DNA from: the human T2T-CHM13v2.0 reference genome, Homo sapiens
Direction: 5' to 3' (one strand)
DNA: 64,000 nucleotides
NCBI RefSeq assembly: GCF_009914755.1
Contig: NC_060932.1
Shown: positions 61,802 to 64,000 of the stretch, in pieces
Layout: every line of letters begins with the position of its first letter
Position numbering within the stretch: the stretch's first letter is position 1
Notes under the pieces: generated by a model
Databases searched by the model: none
What the model was told of the DNA's origin: nothing
What the model saw: only the letters and a program-made list of their open reading frames with translations
Program-made: the position numbers and the translations under genes

Positions 61802-64000
61802 GTATGACTTATCATTCACTTTTTAATTTCATTTGAAATCTGTCTGCTAGTTTTGTATTGTGCTATGTGACCCTCTCCTCTGCTCTCTGCTGTCTCTAGA
61901 CCTAGTTTGCTTTCTCTTTGATGGCTCTTCTTTGGATTTGAAAGCAAATTCTCTGACCTCAGTGCCTAAATGTAATAGTGTAAATCCCATTGACTGTATT
62001 TCCTACCAGCCAATTCAAGGAGAAAATCCTGGAAGACTTCTTGCTTCCTGTCCCTCAAGTTAAGCAAGTTGGTAACACATTCATTGCCCTAGTGGGATCT
62101 CTTTTGCAGGGAGGGGTGGACCCACCCTTCTCCCTTTGTCCTTTACTTCCAATGCTACAATTCCAAACTAAAGGATCTCCCCATTTCCACTTGATCCTTT
62201 CCTTCATTGTAAATTGGATAAACAAGAGTGGTTTTCATATTATGAGCCTCACATCCCAATAATACATTATGAAATCAATATGGTGGATTATAACCAATTT
62301 TTTCCAAAAAATGAAACCGAAAAGTAGAGAACATGAGATGCAATGGTAAGTACTGTTTCACGAAACTTTTATTTTAGGTATATACTTTTATTTATTGTTT
62401 TTATTATATTTTATGTATTTGATATGTAATATTGGTTGCCATAAGAATGTATCTTTTACTGTGCAACAAAGGCACAGTTTGAAAAATACTGACCTAAATG
62501 GTTCCTTTTGCCAGTGCCAAAACTACTAATCGTCAGGCTAAAGAAAATCTATTAATTATGTTAATACCTCCCTCAGTTTCTTTTAGGTCTTGTCAGCACT
62601 TTTCCTTTGATACTGCTCGCTGGGGCAGCATGACATGTCAGCACTTTCTTTTGAAAGAGCAGAGTTGATAGGGCCTTATTATTTCACAATTAGTTCACAT
62701 GCCAAATAGCAAATTAGGAAAGGGATGAGAGAAACGTTTTAGAATTTATCAAAAGAGGAGTGAAAAAACAAAACCAGACCCACGGTTCTTACACTTCACG
62801 GACAGCATGAGAAAGACGTAATCCTGCACAGATAGGCTGATGTTACACACCCAACTCTCCAAAGAGTACGGGGCCCAGGAAAACACCTTTCTACAAGGTA
62901 TAGTTCATTAGAAACCAGGACTGCTTCTGCATTGTTGATGCTTAAGTCACACTCAGTATTTGCACATGTATGTGTACACATACACATTTTGTTAACTTTG
63001 ACAGTTTATTCATCTAGCAAAATAAAGGAATGTTTGCTTTTAATGCAATTCCCACAGTTTTGGTCCTTTTTTCTCACCTCAAGCCAGAGAATGAATTTTT
63101 CTACCCACAGTTATTCTAGTGTCGCATGTCTTTATTTCAAACCAAATTATTTTCATTTAATCTCTTGCTGACTTCAGTTTCTCTGGGCCGTCAAATAGGG
63201 GTCCAAGACAGCAGGCATGCCAGAGTAAATGAGAACATGACAGAACTAAAGTGAAAGCTTTTCTTCTGGGATCCTCAGTGACACAGAGTACTTGATTATG
63301 GCCACTCTTGCTTTTTTAGCCCTATTGGTGTTAATTTTACTCATAGTTATGGAAGTGGTAGTTACTTCAAAGCACCATTAGAGTTAACAATTTTGATGTT
63401 CTGAATTTGTTAAACAGTAAGAATACTTATGTCACTTAATTCCCAATCCTTTTTTAAGAAAAAAAAAGTTAATTTAAAAACAATAAACAAAAAGCCATTC
63501 TCAAACAAAATTATGTGATGAACTTAAGGAACAAACGAAACTCTTGGATTTTTCACTGCGAAATTCAATTACGTTCAACCAAGGTCCTAGATCAGGTCTT
63601 CTTTTTCATAGACTACAGTATGTAAGGATCCTTTTGAACATGGCAGACCTTGCTTTCTAAAGTATCCTATGATTTTTTAATATAGTCATTTCCTCATTTC
63701 CACAGGCAATTGGTTCCAGGACCCCCACAATACCGAAATCCATGGATGCTCAAGTCTCTGATATAAAATGGCATAGTATTTGCATATAACCTCTGCATTT
63801 CCTCCCGTGTACTTTAAATCATGTCTAGATTATTTATAATACCTAATACAATGTAAATGCTATGTAAGTAGTTATTATACCGTATTGTTTAGGGAATAAT
63901 GACAAGGAAATAAACCTCTGCTTACTTTTTTTTTCTATATTTTTAATCATCAGTTGGTTGAACCCATGATATGGAGGGCCTTGTGTATATAAAAATCAAT
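61802..64000 (+). other. DOCK5: DOCK5 intron 3 (start)
   Basis: gtatga donor at 61802; the next canonical exon (GIFPETY...) is not in the window. Confidence 0.9.
63683..63985 (+). mobile_element. MER2 (Tigger-family) DNA transposon
   Basis: ttggttccaggaccccc...atggatgctcaagtc...gatataaaatggc...gatatggagggcc, flanked by TA. Confidence 0.9.

Overview
Primate (almost certainly human) genomic DNA from inside the 5' part of DOCK5, transcribed on the + strand. The window holds the distal ~36.6 kb of intron 1, coding exon 2 (36591-36674, [29 protein letters not shown]), the 25-kb intron 2, coding exon 3 (61761-61801, GWYRGYTLQNKSKK) and the start of intron 3. The two exons encode most of the N-terminal SH3 domain. 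The rest is mainly interspersed repeat: about 38 Alu/FLAM copies, L1/HAL1/L2/MIR fragments, MaLR and ERV1 solo LTRs, and DNA transposons (Tigger1, Tigger4b, MER2, MER5, MER63). The ORF track misses both real exons, and its ORFs are mostly repeat-derived or chance. I see no new multi-gene system. The best leads are: (1) a 46-bp copy of sequence from 1.5 kb away inside an AT-rich 32-bp minisatellite; (2) a MER2 element supplying an acceptor, in-frame stop and AATAAA for a possible truncating terminal exon after exon 3; (3) a zero-length recursive-splice-type site in intron 2; (4) an Alu inserted at the probable exon 2 branch point; (5) a 61-bp VNTR at an L2/MER5 junction showing all four variant combinations; (6) a perfect 17-bp hairpin at a Tigger1 deletion junction; (7) a possible decayed antisense coding exon at the left edge. 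Repeat family names come from recalled consensus sequences, and boundaries of old elements are approximate.
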